DNA of 64,000 nt, taken from assembly GCA_036172245.1 (NCBI GenBank), contig JAYWIR010000041.1:62001-126000 (forward strand). Reading direction: 5' to 3'. Source of the stretch: Raillietiella orientalis. Lineage: Eukaryota. The position numbers were made by a program, and so were the translations under genes. This document shows positions 62,085-64,000 of this stretch, piece after piece; within the stretch, counting starts at the first letter, position 1; every line of letters begins with the position of its first letter. A model generated the notes under the pieces. That model had not been told where the DNA came from and made no database searches. It saw nothing but the letters and a program-made list of their open reading frames with translations.

Positions 62085-64000
62085 GCCCCAGCTTTTCTGA
62101 GGAAGGCTTCTGAGGGAAGCAGTTACCAGATGATTCGTTTTCAGCGAAAATCGCACCACCTTGTAGCTGGTACAGAAGGTGTTTGAACGTAAACTCCCAT
62201 GCGTCGTTCTCAGTGTCTGAAGATAAATGGAGCACTCCAAAGTGAAACTCCCTTTTGGCATCTCCCTGTGCTGTTCTCGTTTTCTCTGTACAACAAAGCG
62301 ATTAGGAAAAAAAAATGCTCCCCTGATCCCAATCGCTCCAAACAGTGTTCTTCAGGTGTGAGGGTTGAGAATAGATAAAGAAAAGCAGAGAGAGATTCGA
62401 GAACGCCATCGACAGAGAAGGATACGACCCTGAAAACATGCTGCCAAGATTGTAAGATACGAGCCAGATGTTCAAAGGGGCCTTCGTGCACCATACTTTT
62501 TGCAAGAAAACTTAGCATCAATACCTAACAGATATGCCATGTTTTGCACTTTATTTTCTGTAATCACATAAACTTACGATGATGATCTCTGATTCAGGAC
62601 ACCTTCAAACCCTCAACGTCAAGATGCTTTGTCCCATTCCCAGCAAGAGAAACAATCTCGTTGGCTTTGCCGATACAATTCCTCGTCGACTCCTTATTTC
62701 GAAAGGCGAAATTAAATATTTTTTCCTCCCTTCCAAGCCATTGGTTTTCGGACTCAACTCCCTCCCCCCGTCCCCTCCTTCCCCAGAAGATACGATCTGA
62801 GCAGTGATAGTGATCTGCAGTCGATATGCCATGTGTTTGAGTACGCTAAGCCTCTGGAGCTCAGGTGTCTCATCTGTCGGAACAGAGGCCGCAACACCTT
62901 CGAGATCCATGACCTTCCAAGTTCTGTGATGGTTTCAGCGAAGAATCTTCCTGCTCTTCCAGGCGTCTAAGACAAAGTTGGAAAGCGGCGGCGAAGATCA
63001 GAGCAAGAGAGAAGGAGGAAATGTAGAGAGAAACTCAAAAGCTCTTCGCTTTTCGAGTAGCATCAGCTGGATTCCTGTCTCCACCTTGTAGAGAACTATC
63101 GAACCAGACTATCGAACGAGAAACCCTTTGAGAGAAATGTAGGCAACAACCAAGCCTTGGTTTCATGATGTTTCCATCAGAGACTGCTCCTTCTTGGTGG
63201 AGATTTTATGGATGATCCAGCAATGTTCAGTCCAAAACCTTTAAATGAATGAACATTGGAATTGGACATCAGAAGCTGTTACAATTTATTTCAATGGTAG
63301 ATCACTTTTTGATCTCAAGACTTGCACTGTTACTATGGTGAGCTAGCATACGGAATTTCATCAGGGAGAAAACAATAAATGAATAAAATAATGAGGAACA
63401 AAAGTCAATCTTCCTAGTTGTAACCAGCAACAAATTCCAAGTTACCGGAATGATTCGATGAATTCGATTGCGTTGCCGGGATATGAAGAAGCTTTGATCC
63501 TAGTCGTTCCATCCTCGACCTGAGCCAATCAAAACGTCCTCTTTCACAAAGTTAGAGATGAGTGAAAGAAGCTGTGAGAGGCTTCGGGCGTCCAGCCTTT
63601 CTATAAGGTAGCGACTGCTGACTCTCTGAATGCCACCTCATGTGCAAGGCGTGTGCAACGCTGTACGCAGGATGACACGATATGATGCATCATCAGAGCA
63701 CTGTACCCAGCGTTACTAGAGGAGAATCTATAGTTTCCCTGTCACCAGCTGCTGCTGTCCCTCACAAAAGCTGATAGTTCCTGCCACTCCTTTTCCTCTG
63801 TATGCATTCCGAGCTTTCATTAGGAGGCTACACTGTCTTCGGTCTCGAAACGCCCACAGTGGCATGGAAAAGCCTCCGGGATCTCTATCGGGATCCTGGT
63901 GCGATGCCATCAAACACGTGGGCAGCACGTAGACCCTTGAGACGGAGGAAGTCGAGGGAAACCGAAACAGGAAGGCAAAGAATCAAAGCTGCTTTTCAAG

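Overview
Eukaryotic genomic DNA, most likely from an arthropod (inferred from the gene family; the species cannot be determined). The only well-supported host gene is a minus-strand, multi-exon Sidestep-family (nephrin-like) Ig/FN3 cell-adhesion receptor. Eight exons between 53162 and 41053 join in frame by splice phase, and there is a probable cytoplasmic exon near 35 kb. Its 5' exons (signal peptide, Ig1, first half of Ig2) were not found. Phase constraints indicate that two of its seven resolved introns use GC rather than GT donors. Much of the rest of the window consists of heavily decayed retroelements, recognised only by eye from degenerate motifs: RLE-type (R2/NeSL-like), L1/Tx1-like, CR1/L2-like and Penelope-like relics. 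There is also a Tigger-like MITE with TA target duplication and a two-copy dispersed ORF1-derived repeat. Most ORF-track entries look spurious. I see no CRISPR array, rRNA, intact tRNA or prokaryote-type system, and I cannot support a claim of a new biological system. The best leads are the double GC-AG gene, the rearranged RLE cluster at 6-14 kb with its palindromic spacer, and an AT-rich coding-like island at 61.1-61.5 kb.
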